The position numbers and the translations under genes were made by a program. A stretch of DNA of 64,000 bases, from NCBI GenBank assembly GCA_965218795.1, contig OZ244653.1:3296001-3360000 (forward strand), given 5' to 3'. This document shows, in pieces, positions 52,564-61,817 of this stretch (position 1 is the stretch's first letter; the number at the start of each line of letters is the position of its first letter). The notes below the pieces were generated by a model that saw only the letters and a program-made list of their open reading frames with translations, had not been told where the DNA came from and searched no databases. This stretch comes from a bacterium. Its GTDB lineage: Bacteria > UBA8248 > JACPRG01 > G963555815.

Positions 52564-53328
52564 TCAGGGCCTGCCGCTCTTTTCGGAAGCCGCCGCGTTC
52601 CACTCGCGCGCATTGATGCTTTCGCCCGTCATACCAAGAGCATCATCGGATGCGAGAAACACCGCGGGACCGACCAACGCATCGACGGGCTGCAACTGCT
52701 CGTCGGGGAGCACTTCGGCATATTTCGAGCGGGCGGGAACGGCGTACCTGCCCATTTCCGTCAGGGCGGCTCCGCCCGGGTGGATTGCGTTGACCCGGAT
52801 TCCGTGCTCCTTCACCTCCTCGGCCAAGGATTGGGTGAATCCCTCCACGCCGAACTTGGAAGCCGAGTACGCGCTCACGAGTGCTCCGCCCCGATAGCCG
52901 AAACCGGAAGTGACGTTCAGGATCAGACCCCGTTTTCGCGGGATCATTCCCTTGAGCGCCTCGCGGCTGGAAAGAAAAGTCCCCCTCAGGTTGATCGCGA
53001 AAAGGTTGTCCCATGCCTCCGTGTCCAAATCGATGACCGGCTGGACAACGATGACCCCGGCGCAGTTCAAGAGAACATCGACTTCGCCGAATTCAGACCG
53101 GGTCCGCTCGAAGAGATGCTGGACGCTCTCCTCGTCCCGCACATCCGTATGGACCGCCAGCGCCTTGCCGCCCTGAGCGATCAAGTCGCTCGTGACGGCC
53201 TCCACCTCCGCAGCCACTTCCGAGGCGAGGACAACCTTTGCGCCTTCCCGGCAGAATGCGCGGGCCACCTGCTCGCCCAGCCCCCTTCCGGCGCCCGTGA
53301 TCATGGCAGTCTGGTCTTCCATTTTCAT
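52564..53328 (-). CDS. Short-chain dehydrogenase/reductase
   Basis: TGAGRGLG; LLNCAG; YSASKFG; IRVNAIHPG. Confidence 0.93.
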   Translation of the reverse strand: MKMEDQTAMITGAGRGLGEQVARAFCREGAKVVLASEVAAEVEAVTSDLIAQGGKALAVHTDVRDEESVQHLFERTRSEFGEVDVLLNCAGVIVVQPVIDLDTEAWDNLFAINLRGTFLSSREALKGMIPRKRGLILNVTSGFGYRGGALVSAYSASKFGVEGFTQSLAEEVKEHGIRVNAIHPGGAALTEMGRYAVPARSKYAEVLPDEQLQPVDALVGPAVFLASDDALGMTGESINAREWNAAASEKSGRP

Positions 53329-53469
53329 GGCCGATACCCGGATGCAGGTCTGAATCGGTGGTGAACGTCCGGTCAGGTTAGCACAGGACCCCCTGTGACG
53401 CAGGGGCGTCAAGAGGCGACGCGCCTCGGCGTTTTCGTCGTGCTCCGCACGGCCGTAAAGGAGGGGCGG

Positions 53470-53844
53470 AGCCTGTCCCGAGCGAAGCGAGGGATCTCCC
53501 TTTCATCGGCAACGGTCCCCGCGATTTCCTGGCGTCTCAAGAGCACCGCAGCCGAGCTGAAGGAGGGTATCCTCATTGATTCAACGCTTGTCCCGGCGAG
53601 AACGGTGCAGGCCCGCCTGGGCTCCCTCCAAAAGCAAAAAATCGAACAAAACCCGGTCGTCGTGAACCGGAACTCCCCACTCTTCATCATGATATCGAAT
53701 GGAGAGTTCGTTTCCAGCCCATTGGCAGAGAAGATGGATTCCGGCCGCAACCTGCCCCCCGAAGGCTTTCGTCGGGAGCGGGAAGGACCGATGGGTGGGG
53801 TTGCGTGACGCTGTTTCGTCATTCCTGCGCAAGCAGGAATCCAG
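53470..53844. repeat. Mosaic of REP-like palindromes
   Basis: CCTGTCCCGAGCGAAGCGAGGGATCT (53472); GTCATTCCTGCGCAAGCAGGAATCCAG (53818-53844) with an interrupted inverted partner at about 53735-53789. Confidence 0.65.
53608..53727 (-). pseudogene. 120-bp fragment of the 5' part of tag
   Basis: 115/120 nt identical to 49017-49136. Confidence 0.93.
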
Positions 53845-53865
53845 GCAACACGGGACGGGCTGCGA

Positions 53866-54029
53866 GAGAAGGACCTGAGCGCGTACCTGAAGACGCCTCG
53901 TCAAGACGCCTCGTCTAGTTCTACAACAGCGAGCGTCCTCATCAGGGCTGCCGCAACATGGGCAGGAGACCCATCGTCACGGTCAGGAAGTTTATCCAAA
54001 CTGTGAGGAATGAAGCCCGATTATACTCA
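53866..54029 (+). mobile_element. 3' remnant of an IS481-like transposase
   Basis: Removing 53893-53918 gives EKDLSAYLKFYNSERPHQGCRNMGRRPIVTVRKFIQTVRNEA (YNxxRPH motif). Confidence 0.7.
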
Positions 54030-55109
54030 TCAGTTTTTCTTCTTGGTTCTGCCCCTGCCTTTTCCCTTCCGGACCGCGTCGCGCTTGGCCTTGAGCATGT
54101 TCTTCTTCGGATCGATCCCCATCAGCCGGGCCAGGTTGCCGCCGAAAAACCTGAACTTGTCCTCCCTGGTGATCTCCGGATAGCCGTACTTCTCCTGAAG
54201 TTCCTCGGTCATTTTCAGGTTCAGGACGGCCTGGATGCTCTGACCGGGATCGGAGGCCGGCCAGTCGCTGCCCCAGATAAACCGGTCGGAACCGGCGATT
54301 TGCATCGTCGTCCCCACCATGTGGAGGAACCGCTCGGGGGCCCGGAGCAGCCATGGCAGGAGGATGGAGTAGCTGATGTGGAAGTTCGGGTGCTTCCACG
54401 CCAGCATGGCCGTCTCCTCCCAGTAGGGATAGCCACCGTGGTAGGCCACCACCTTGAGGTCGGGAAAGTCGATCATGACGTCGTCCAACAGAAACGGAAG
54501 GGTGTACTTGGTGTAGCCGATCCGAATGGTCAGGCCGGTGTGGAAGAAGGCGACGATGCCCATCTCCTCGCACTTCTCGTAGACCGGCCACAGACGGCGG
54601 TCGTTGATGTAGGTGTCCTCGGGCATGTAGAACTTCGTGGTCTTGAAGTTGAAGTTCGTGTGGAGATACTCCAGCTCCCAGAGGATGTCCGAGGTTTTCC
54701 GCTTGCTGAACGGACCGACGTTGGAGCAGCCGATGAACCGGTCGGGATATTTCTCCAGGGCATCGATGACGTGCTGGTTGGTGGAGAAGGGAGCGTGGTC
54801 CATGGCCGTGTCGATGAAGGATTCGCGCATCAGGCAGGATTGATCGACGCCGCAGGAATCGTAATCGGCGATGATCTTCTCCATCGTCCAGTCCATCCCC
54901 GGGTGCGGGTACTCCTTGCCACTGACGTGATCGGTCCACTGCCAATGCATGCACATCTTGTGGGCATATTCGAACGTCGACGTCGCGGGGAAATACTTGA
55001 TGTAGCGCCGGTAGTCCTCCGGCATGACGTGGGCCTCACAGTCGCAGATGTAGTAATCAAGCGTTGTGTCGTTGGGGTCATGGGCCGCGACCGGCCAGCT
55101 CTCTGACAT
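54030..55109 (-). CDS. Amidohydrolase_2 family protein
   Basis: CDCEAH; YPDRFIG; FFHTG; FPDLKVVAYHGG; WGSDWP; GGNLARL. Confidence 0.85.
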   Translation of the reverse strand: MSESWPVAAHDPNDTTLDYYICDCEAHVMPEDYRRYIKYFPATSTFEYAHKMCMHWQWTDHVSGKEYPHPGMDWTMEKIIADYDSCGVDQSCLMRESFIDTAMDHAPFSTNQHVIDALEKYPDRFIGCSNVGPFSKRKTSDILWELEYLHTNFNFKTTKFYMPEDTYINDRRLWPVYEKCEEMGIVAFFHTGLTIRIGYTKYTLPFLLDDVMIDFPDLKVVAYHGGYPYWEETAMLAWKHPNFHISYSILLPWLLRAPERFLHMVGTTMQIAGSDRFIWGSDWPASDPGQSIQAVLNLKMTEELQEKYGYPEITREDKFRFFGGNLARLMGIDPKKNMLKAKRDAVRKGKGRGRTKKKN

Positions 55110-55255
55110 GAATCTTCTCCTCCCTGGATTGGATCGCGCCCAGGCGGGCGCACCGGAAATCGGGTCATCCCGTGAACCGGATCGCGGGATCCGCTCGATC
55201 GAAAAACCAAAGGATTGATGGGCGATTTCCCGTTTACCACGCCGTCACGGACGAT

Positions 55256-56629
55256 TCAAGTCCCGCGGACTGTCAATGATCCCGCCTCACAGGCGGCGAT
55301 GACCCCGTCCACGAGCGCACCGCAGTGATCGACGTAATTCGATGGGTCAAGCAGCTCCTCAATCTCACCGGCCGAGAGGCGGGACGAGACATTTTCATCT
55401 TTCTCGAGAAGCTCCCGGAAGGGGATCCCTTTTTCGAAGGCCTCCATGCTGATCTCGTAGACAAAGTCGTGGGCGGTCTGCCGACCGACGGATTCGCCCA
55501 ACCGAAGCATAACGGCTTCGGATAGAATCAGACCGCCCAGCGCATCCAGGTTTCTGCGCATTTGATCCGGCTTCACGATCAGGTTGCCCAGCACGAAATT
55601 CATCTGGTGCAGGATCGCTCCGGTCAAAATGCAGCCTTCAGGAACGAACTCCCACTCGGACTGCCAAGCCGACATGTCGCGCTCGTGTTCCGACATCATC
55701 ACTTCCATCGCCAAGGGGACGTGACTCCGAACAATGCGGGAGATGGAGATGACGGCTTCGCAGATCATCGGGTTGCGCTTGTGCGGCATGGTGGAGCTTC
55801 CGACTTTTCCGCGGTGGAACGGCTCCTCCAGCTCGTCGACTTCGGTTTTCATCAGGTTCATGATCTCGTTGGCGATCTTTCCCATCGTGCCCGCCAACAG
55901 ACCCAGCAGGGCGGTCCATTCGGCCGTGCCGTCCCGGGCCGCATGCCAGGAGATCGGGGGGTTGGCGAGCCCGAGATCCTCGGCCACGAGCCGCTGGATC
56001 TTCAGCGCATCCTTTCCGAAGCTGTTCAGGGTGCCCACCGCTCCGGCCAGACTCAGAACCAGAATACGGCCGCGGGCATCGCGAAGCCGCTCCCGTGTCC
56101 GTTGAAGCTCAGCCAGCCAGACCGCCACCTTGAACCCGAAGGTGATGGGCAGGGCGTGAACCCCATGCGTGCGGCCGGCCATTAACGTGTCACGGTACTT
56201 CCGGGCCATCCCGCACAGGATCCGGATGGTCTCGGCCAGATCCCGCTCGATGACGTCATAGGCCTCACGGAGCTGGAGGACCATACCGGTGTCGATGATG
56301 TCCTGGGTGGTCGCCCCCCAGTGGATGTACTCACCGGCGTCGCCCTCGCACACAGTCTGGTAAGCGCGAAGAAAGGGGACGATGGGATGACTGGTTTCGT
56401 CGATGCCCCGCTTGATGGCATCCGCGTCCAGCAGGTCCGCGGATGCCTTGCGGGAGATCTCTTCCGCAGCCGGCTTGGGTATGACGCCCACGCTCGCCTC
56501 CGCCCGCGCAAGGGCCGCCTCTACATCCAGCCACTTTTGGAGGAGGCTTCGGTCCTCGAAAATCTTCCGCATCTCCTCGGTCCCGAACTGGTCCCGGAAA
56601 AGCGCGGAGTCCACCATGTGGGAGGGCAT
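55256..56629 (-). CDS. Adenylosuccinate lyase / 3-carboxymuconate cycloisomerase-like lyase
   Basis: HWGATTQDI; MAGRTHG.HA.PITFG; GSSTMPHKRNP; HERD. Confidence 0.88.
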   Translation of the reverse strand: MPSHMVDSALFRDQFGTEEMRKIFEDRSLLQKWLDVEAALARAEASVGVIPKPAAEEISRKASADLLDADAIKRGIDETSHPIVPFLRAYQTVCEGDAGEYIHWGATTQDIIDTGMVLQLREAYDVIERDLAETIRILCGMARKYRDTLMAGRTHGVHALPITFGFKVAVWLAELQRTRERLRDARGRILVLSLAGAVGTLNSFGKDALKIQRLVAEDLGLANPPISWHAARDGTAEWTALLGLLAGTMGKIANEIMNLMKTEVDELEEPFHRGKVGSSTMPHKRNPMICEAVISISRIVRSHVPLAMEVMMSEHERDMSAWQSEWEFVPEGCILTGAILHQMNFVLGNLIVKPDQMRRNLDALGGLILSEAVMLRLGESVGRQTAHDFVYEISMEAFEKGIPFRELLEKDENVSSRLSAGEIEELLDPSNYVDHCGALVDGVIAACEAGSLTVRGT

Positions 56630-56634
56630 GGAGA

Positions 56635-57009
56635 TCAATCCTCCAGAGGGCGCTTGCGGATGGCGTCCGTGATGCCCTTGGGCGGGATGAAGACGACCAG
56701 GAGCGTCGCCATGGGGACGCCCCCGTTCTCGTGGCGGTGCTCAAGCCCTTCGGGAATGAAGGCCGCGCTGCCTTCGGGAAGTTCAACGCGGCTTCCGTCC
56801 GGGTAGCCGATGGCGTTCATCCCTTTGAGCGAGTAGACAATTTCAATCTGGCCTTCGCGGGTATGGTACTCGGAGGCCGTCCCTTCGGCGAAGTCCACCT
56901 GGACCGCAGCGGCTTCCTCCAGACCCGCCTGGTGGTCCAATAGAATTCTGGTGAGGCGTCCGCCCTCGGCCGTGTGACCTTTGATTTCCTTTGAGTTGAC
57001 AACTTTCAC
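56635..57009 (-). CDS. Cupin domain protein
   Basis: GTG start at 57009; YHTREGQIEIVY..KG; GSAAFIPEGLEHRHEN. Confidence 0.8.
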   Translation of the reverse strand: MKVVNSKEIKGHTAEGGRLTRILLDHQAGLEEAAAVQVDFAEGTASEYHTREGQIEIVYSLKGMNAIGYPDGSRVELPEGSAAFIPEGLEHRHENGGVPMATLLVVFIPPKGITDAIRKRPLED

Positions 57010-57127
57010 AGGTCGTCCTTTTCCCCCGGCGCGAGGAAGCCAATGAATCCATCGCGCGCAACCGAACATCCGGAACCGGGGCGCTCCTGACCGGATGAGA
57101 AATCGGTCCTGCTCGTAGACCCTCAGC

Positions 57128-58015
57128 CTAGAATTTCTGGAATTCCTTCCGGATTTCCGGCTCACCGAAGGTGACCGTGCGATAAAAGCTCGGCGTGGTT
57201 TCCGGAGGACGTTCTTCCTCATACCGTCGCATGTTGACGTAAAGCTCGATGGCGTGCCGATCGGGATCGAAAAAATAGATCTCGACGTGATGCCCCTGGT
57301 TCCAGAACCCCGGACCTTTCTCAATCCGCACGTTCTTTTCTCTTAGAAACCTCTCGGCCCGGGCCATATCCGGAATGGTTCCGATGTCGAACGCCATGTG
57401 GTGGAGTCCGACCGAATCCCCTTCAGGCAGCGGGACCAACCCCAGGTCATGATGGAGCGGGGTGCACCTCATGAAGACCAATCCCAGCTCGTTGTACTCC
57501 GTCACTTTCAAGCCCAGAAGGCCCCGATAAAAATTCTCTGATTTTTTCGTATCGGATACTTTGACGACCACGTGGCCCAACATCCCGGGCGCGATGCCGC
57601 ATTCTTCCGGCGATCTTTCCACGGGCGGGATGGGGTTCGACGCTTCCTTCGGGACGACCAGCCGGACCGTCATTCCGTCGGGATCCAACACGCCCAGGCT
57701 GTCGGAACCGGGCCGGGGGCCTTCTTCCGGCTCGTGGACGATCCGATAACCTTCGCTCTCCAGGTTGGCCGCCAGGGCCCGCAAGTCGGTATCCGGCTCC
57801 AGTTCGTACGCGAAATGCTCGATGGCCACCGGTTCATCCGTCCCTCCCGGAATCAAAGACAGAGAGCAGCGGCCGTCGGCGCTTCCAAGCCAGGTGGGGC
57901 CGCCGTCGGTCCGCAGAAGGGTGTCAAACCCCAGCGCCTCGCGGTAAAAGGATTCGGCCCCCTGGAGATCGCTGGCGCGGATTGCGATGTGATCGAGCCG
58001 ATTCACCCTCGGCAT
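57128..58015 (-). CDS. Two-domain VOC protein, extradiol dioxygenase-like
   Basis: LDHIAI; LGHVV; HHDL; GLHHMAF; IYFFDPD.HAIE; start moved to MPRVN. Confidence 0.82.
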   Translation of the reverse strand: MPRVNRLDHIAIRASDLQGAESFYREALGFDTLLRTDGGPTWLGSADGRCSLSLIPGGTDEPVAIEHFAYELEPDTDLRALAANLESEGYRIVHEPEEGPRPGSDSLGVLDPDGMTVRLVVPKEASNPIPPVERSPEECGIAPGMLGHVVVKVSDTKKSENFYRGLLGLKVTEYNELGLVFMRCTPLHHDLGLVPLPEGDSVGLHHMAFDIGTIPDMARAERFLREKNVRIEKGPGFWNQGHHVEIYFFDPDRHAIELYVNMRRYEEERPPETTPSFYRTVTFGEPEIRKEFQKF

Positions 58016-58266
58016 GACCGTTCTCCCCATTCGGGTTCGAGCGTCAGGACAGGCAGGGGAAATCGCATTCGGCAGGCATTCCGGCATCCGCCGGGGCGAA
58101 AGCCGGGTTCCCCCGGTGACGCCGACCGCTCCTATGATTCAGCCTGAATTTCTGGATTGATGAGCGAGTATACGGGAATTGGCCTATCCCCACAACAAAG
58201 GGTAAGATTCGAAAATCGGGGAATATGGGTCGCACCGCAAGAGGCGCCGCCTGGAGAGAAGCCGGG

Positions 58267-59178
58267 ATGGATAAACGAGTGGGTTTCATCGGACTCGGGA
58301 ACATGGGCGCACCCATGACCCGGCGGCTGGTCGAGGCCGGGTACGAAGTCTGGGGATACGACGTTCGCCCGGAATTGGTCGAAAACCTCCGAGAGACCGG
58401 CGGGCACGGCGCTGCGTCCATCGGCGAGGTCGCTGAGCGCGTCCCTGTCATCCTCCTCTGCCTGCCTGATTCCAGCGTGGTGGAGAGCGTCATCGAGGGG
58501 GAAGGCGGTTTGCTCTCGATTGCGAAAGCCGGTCAACTCATCTTCGACATGAGCTCTTCCTATCCGCCGAGCACTGTCCGGCTGGGCGGGCTGCTGAAAG
58601 CAAAGGGGGTCGATTTCCTCGACGCGCCCGTGAGCGGCGGCGTGCGCGGCGCGGTCGCGGGAACGCTGACAGTCATGGTCGGGGGGGACGAGCGGTTGTC
58701 TGAAAAGTGGGAAGGGCTGCTCCGTGTCTTCGGACCCAACATCTTTCACGCCGGCGCGCTCGGCACGGGCCATACGCTCAAGGCCTTGAACAACCTTCTC
58801 TCCGCCTCGAGTCTTGTAGCGGCCAGCGAGGCGCTGATCCTGGCCACGAGGCTCGGCCTGGATCCGGACAGAGTGATCGAGGTCCTCAATCAGAGCACGG
58901 GGCGAAGCGACGCAACCGTGACCAAGTTCCCCAAGTTCATTCTGCCCCGGACGTTCGACGCCGGTTTTCCCGTCGGGCTCTTGCGGAAGGACGTCTCCAT
59001 CGCGCTCCGCCTCGCCAAGGAAGAAAAAATTCCCATGCACTCGGGAAAGATCGTAGAGCAGATCCTGACCTATGCGGCCAATACCGGGGCGGCGGATTGG
59101 GACCACACGGCGCTGATCCGCATCCTGGAAGACTGGACCGGCGAAAAAGTTCAGGGCCGGGCCTCGCGTCCGGGATGA
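58267..59178 (+). CDS. NAD(P)-dependent beta-hydroxyacid dehydrogenase (3-hydroxyisobutyrate dehydrogenase family)
   Basis: GFIGLGNMG; FLDAPVSGG; LKALNN; LLRKD. Confidence 0.92.
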   Translation: MDKRVGFIGLGNMGAPMTRRLVEAGYEVWGYDVRPELVENLRETGGHGAASIGEVAERVPVILLCLPDSSVVESVIEGEGGLLSIAKAGQLIFDMSSSYPPSTVRLGGLLKAKGVDFLDAPVSGGVRGAVAGTLTVMVGGDERLSEKWEGLLRVFGPNIFHAGALGTGHTLKALNNLLSASSLVAASEALILATRLGLDPDRVIEVLNQSTGRSDATVTKFPKFILPRTFDAGFPVGLLRKDVSIALRLAKEEKIPMHSGKIVEQILTYAANTGAADWDHTALIRILEDWTGEKVQGRASRPG

Positions 59179-59243
59179 CCCGCTCCATGACGTCCCGGTC
59201 ACCCGTATCCTGATTCCTGCGGCCCTTCCTTCACCTGTGCCGG

Positions 59244-59772
59244 GCCTCGAGAATACTCACCCGGCCCCTTCCGGCCCTTCTTCTCTTTTGGTTCTGCTTC
59301 CTGGCGTTCACTCCACTTGCTGAAGGAGCCGCGGAGAATTCGGACCACACCTGGTACGAAGTCGCCGAAAAAACGAACCCGGCCTCCTTCGCCATCATTC
59401 AAGAACTCGGGTTGGACATGGGCCAAAGCGATTCCGCCGTCGATAAGATTTTTCAGACATCTTTTGAAAGGGTGTTGGGCGAGCGGTTTGGCCCGACCAA
59501 CGCTTTCAATCTATTGGAGCTTTCCGACCCGGTTCTGAACAGGAAACTCCGCAAGCCGCCCAGCATTGAAAGCGATCCGATTCACGGGTCGGACTTTCAG
59601 CAACTATCTCAATCAAGTCCGGAACCCCGCCATTGCTATTTCAAACAACCTTTGGGAGGGCAAGGCTCCAGACGTTCTTGACGCCGCGCTCGCGTCGCCG
59701 GTAACGAAAGCTCTCGGGTTCGATGAACGCCTCATGAACGCGAACAACCGTACGGCATCCGGAAAACGCTGA
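59244..59772 (+). pseudogene. Possible decayed gene for a secreted protein
   Basis: Signal-peptide-like RILTRPLPALLLFWFCFLAFTPLAEGA with no in-frame ATG/GTG/TTG start, open to 59681, overlapped by a second frame to 59772. Confidence 0.35.
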
Positions 59773-59845
59773 AACGGGGGAAACCGCAGGATGAAACAGA
59801 ACCTTCCGGACAACGATCCAGACGCGTCGATGAATCTTATCTTTC

Positions 59846-60823
59846 TTACATTCCAGCGATGACATCCAGTGCGCGCAAATGATCGTCCGGGGAACCCTTC
59901 AAAAGCAGAACCGCGTCGTCGAGCCCCGCCTCGGAAAATTCAGCCAGACGTTCTCGAAACTCCGATTCATCGCCCGCAACCGCGTGCTTCCGAATCACAT
60001 CATCGGTGATCATATCTTCCGCGCGGTCCCAGTCCGCCCGGGAGACCGCATCGGCCAGCGCCTCGCGGTCGATTTTCGTCCCGGCCAACTCACGGTTCCT
60101 CTCGTGGTGGGCCCCCCGCAGGATGAAGGCGAGGGTCCTCCGGACGGCGTCGTAGGCGGATGTCCGGCTCGAAGAGAGAGCGGCAACGATGACCGAGCCG
60201 ACGGCGGCCGTCCGTGGAGCCCTCCCCGTGCGAGATTCCCCCTCGCGCATGCGCTCGGCGCCCCAACGGATGTAGGCCGGCGAACACCCCCCCGAGAGCA
60301 AGGCGCCATCGGCATTTCCCCCGGCCAGGCGAAGCATCTTCGGACCGACGCCTGCCAGATAAAGCGGGACTGACGGTGAAGGGGGGAAGGTGAGCGCCCG
60401 CTCCTTCATTCCGAAAATTTCCCCTTCGTGGTCGAGGGGGTCACCCGACAAAACCCCTCGAACGACGGAAAGCGCCTCCTCCATGGTTCGGAGAGGACGA
60501 GAGGGTTGAACGCCAAGGGCATTGAGATCGTCGGGCTGTCCCGTGGCCAGAACGGCTCTGACCCGATCGGGCGCGAGTTCGGCCAATGTCGCGAGCGACA
60601 TGCCAATCAGGCCCGGATTTCTGAGATAAGGACTGACGGCCGTGGGGACGACGGAAATCCGGTTCGTCCGGGCCAGAAAAACGGCCGCGGGACCAAAGGC
60701 GTCGCGGAAGAGAATGTGCTCGGCTATCCAGACGGAATCGACGCCGACCCCATCCGCCCGATGGACAAGATCCATCGCTTCCGGAAGAGGAGAGAACCCG
60801 TCATACATCACCCCGATGCGCAC
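59846..60823 (-). CDS. LLM-class flavin/F420-dependent oxidoreductase (Mer-like)
   Basis: SVWIAEH; SPYLRNP; PLYLAGVGPKMLRLAG..ADG. Confidence 0.88.
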   Translation of the reverse strand: MRIGVMYDGFSPLPEAMDLVHRADGVGVDSVWIAEHILFRDAFGPAAVFLARTNRISVVPTAVSPYLRNPGLIGMSLATLAELAPDRVRAVLATGQPDDLNALGVQPSRPLRTMEEALSVVRGVLSGDPLDHEGEIFGMKERALTFPPSPSVPLYLAGVGPKMLRLAGGNADGALLSGGCSPAYIRWGAERMREGESRTGRAPRTAAVGSVIVAALSSSRTSAYDAVRRTLAFILRGAHHERNRELAGTKIDREALADAVSRADWDRAEDMITDDVIRKHAVAGDESEFRERLAEFSEAGLDDAVLLLKGSPDDHLRALDVIAGM

Positions 60824-60858
60824 GGATATTCTCCCCTAAGAGCCGATGGGAATGGGGG

Positions 60859-61146
60859 TCATTTGGCGATCGCGATTGGTGGTGCTCCGACACCGGAAAC
60901 GTCGGTCAACGTCATCTGGAAAAGCTGATTGAGCAGGATGAAGGCCTGACGGCTCCAGTCCGTATCGGCGATTGAGTCATAGCGGCCCCTGAACCGGGCA
61001 TGCGGGACGCCGGGTGGAGAAGACTTCTGAGAAATCCCAATGGCAAGCGTCCGCCGCAGGCTCACGAACTTCTTCGGCATGGTTTCGGTACGCGGGTCCC
61101 TCTTGAAGTTTCCATCCGGGTCCTTGATTTCGATACCCCGGGCCAT
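60859..61146 (-). CDS. Hypothetical protein
   Basis: ATG overlaps the cupin stop (TGATG); fills the gap to the LLM gene; no recognisable family. Confidence 0.45.
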   Translation of the reverse strand: MARGIEIKDPDGNFKRDPRTETMPKKFVSLRRTLAIGISQKSSPPGVPHARFRGRYDSIADTDWSRQAFILLNQLFQMTLTDVSGVGAPPIAIAK

Positions 61147-61571
61147 CAGCCCGCCTTTTCCGGCGGGGGCGCTTCATGATCTTCGCCGGTTTCCACCATA
61201 CGGCGAAACTCGTTTTCGTATCCAGGCGGCGAAAAGCACCATGCCAGGCTAAGAGGCTCATCGCCGGTGTTGATGACCCCGTGCCATACACCAATGGGAA
61301 AATAGGCCGTCGAACCGGGCTCGATCCCGAACTCTTCGCCTTCGATAACGCATTTGCCCCGACCCCGCCAGAAAAACAGGATTTCCTCTTCCTTGTCATG
61401 TACGTGGTAGGGAATCTCACTGCCAACGTCCACGTCCTGCACGCCGAAAGAGAGCCTCTCGGACCCAATGCCATCGGGGCTGACGACAATCCCCCATCCC
61501 CGGGGCGCCTGGCCCGTCATCCGCAGTGGCTCGGACTCTCCCGGATGAAAAAAGCTCTTCTTCTCCATCAC
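61146..61571 (-). CDS. Cupin domain protein
   Basis: PYHVHDKEEEILFFWRGRG; PIGVWHGVINTG; PPGYE. Confidence 0.9.
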   Translation of the reverse strand: MMEKKSFFHPGESEPLRMTGQAPRGWGIVVSPDGIGSERLSFGVQDVDVGSEIPYHVHDKEEEILFFWRGRGKCVIEGEEFGIEPGSTAYFPIGVWHGVINTGDEPLSLAWCFSPPGYENEFRRMVETGEDHEAPPPEKAG

Positions 61572-61715
61572 CGAAGTCTCCTCTTCGCCTTACCCCCCAT
61601 CGTGATCTGATCCCCATTCTAAACCAATTATGGTTCAGGTTATCCGAAACCCGGTCTGCGGAGTAAAATTCCGCAATGCGGGGAAATGCAACATTGAACG
61701 TATATCTTCACCGAA

Positions 61716-61744
61716 ATGTCTGAAACAGTACGATTTTCGGACAT
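61716..61744. promoter_or_regulatory. Inverted repeat, possible operator upstream of cupin-LLM operon
   Basis: ATGTCTGAAA-9nt-TTTCGGACAT (9/10 match) in an AT-richer spacer. Confidence 0.35.
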
Positions 61745-61817
61745 AAATCTTCACACAAAATTCAAGGAATTCGACCCATGATTCTGCGTCGCATCACCCA
61801 AATGTTCTGGGCCGTTG

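Noticed and set aside
53608-53727. tag duplicate as a diversity-generating retroelement template/variable pair
   Set aside because: The five differences (G/C, T/A, G/T, A/T, A/G) are not adenine-specific, the segment is at the gene's 5' end, and no reverse transcriptase is in the window
58016-58266. Riboswitch in the divergent VOC/dehydrogenase spacer (also checked upstream of moaC and the binding protein)
   Set aside because: GC-rich stems are possible but I recognised no aptamer consensus; an Rfam scan would decide
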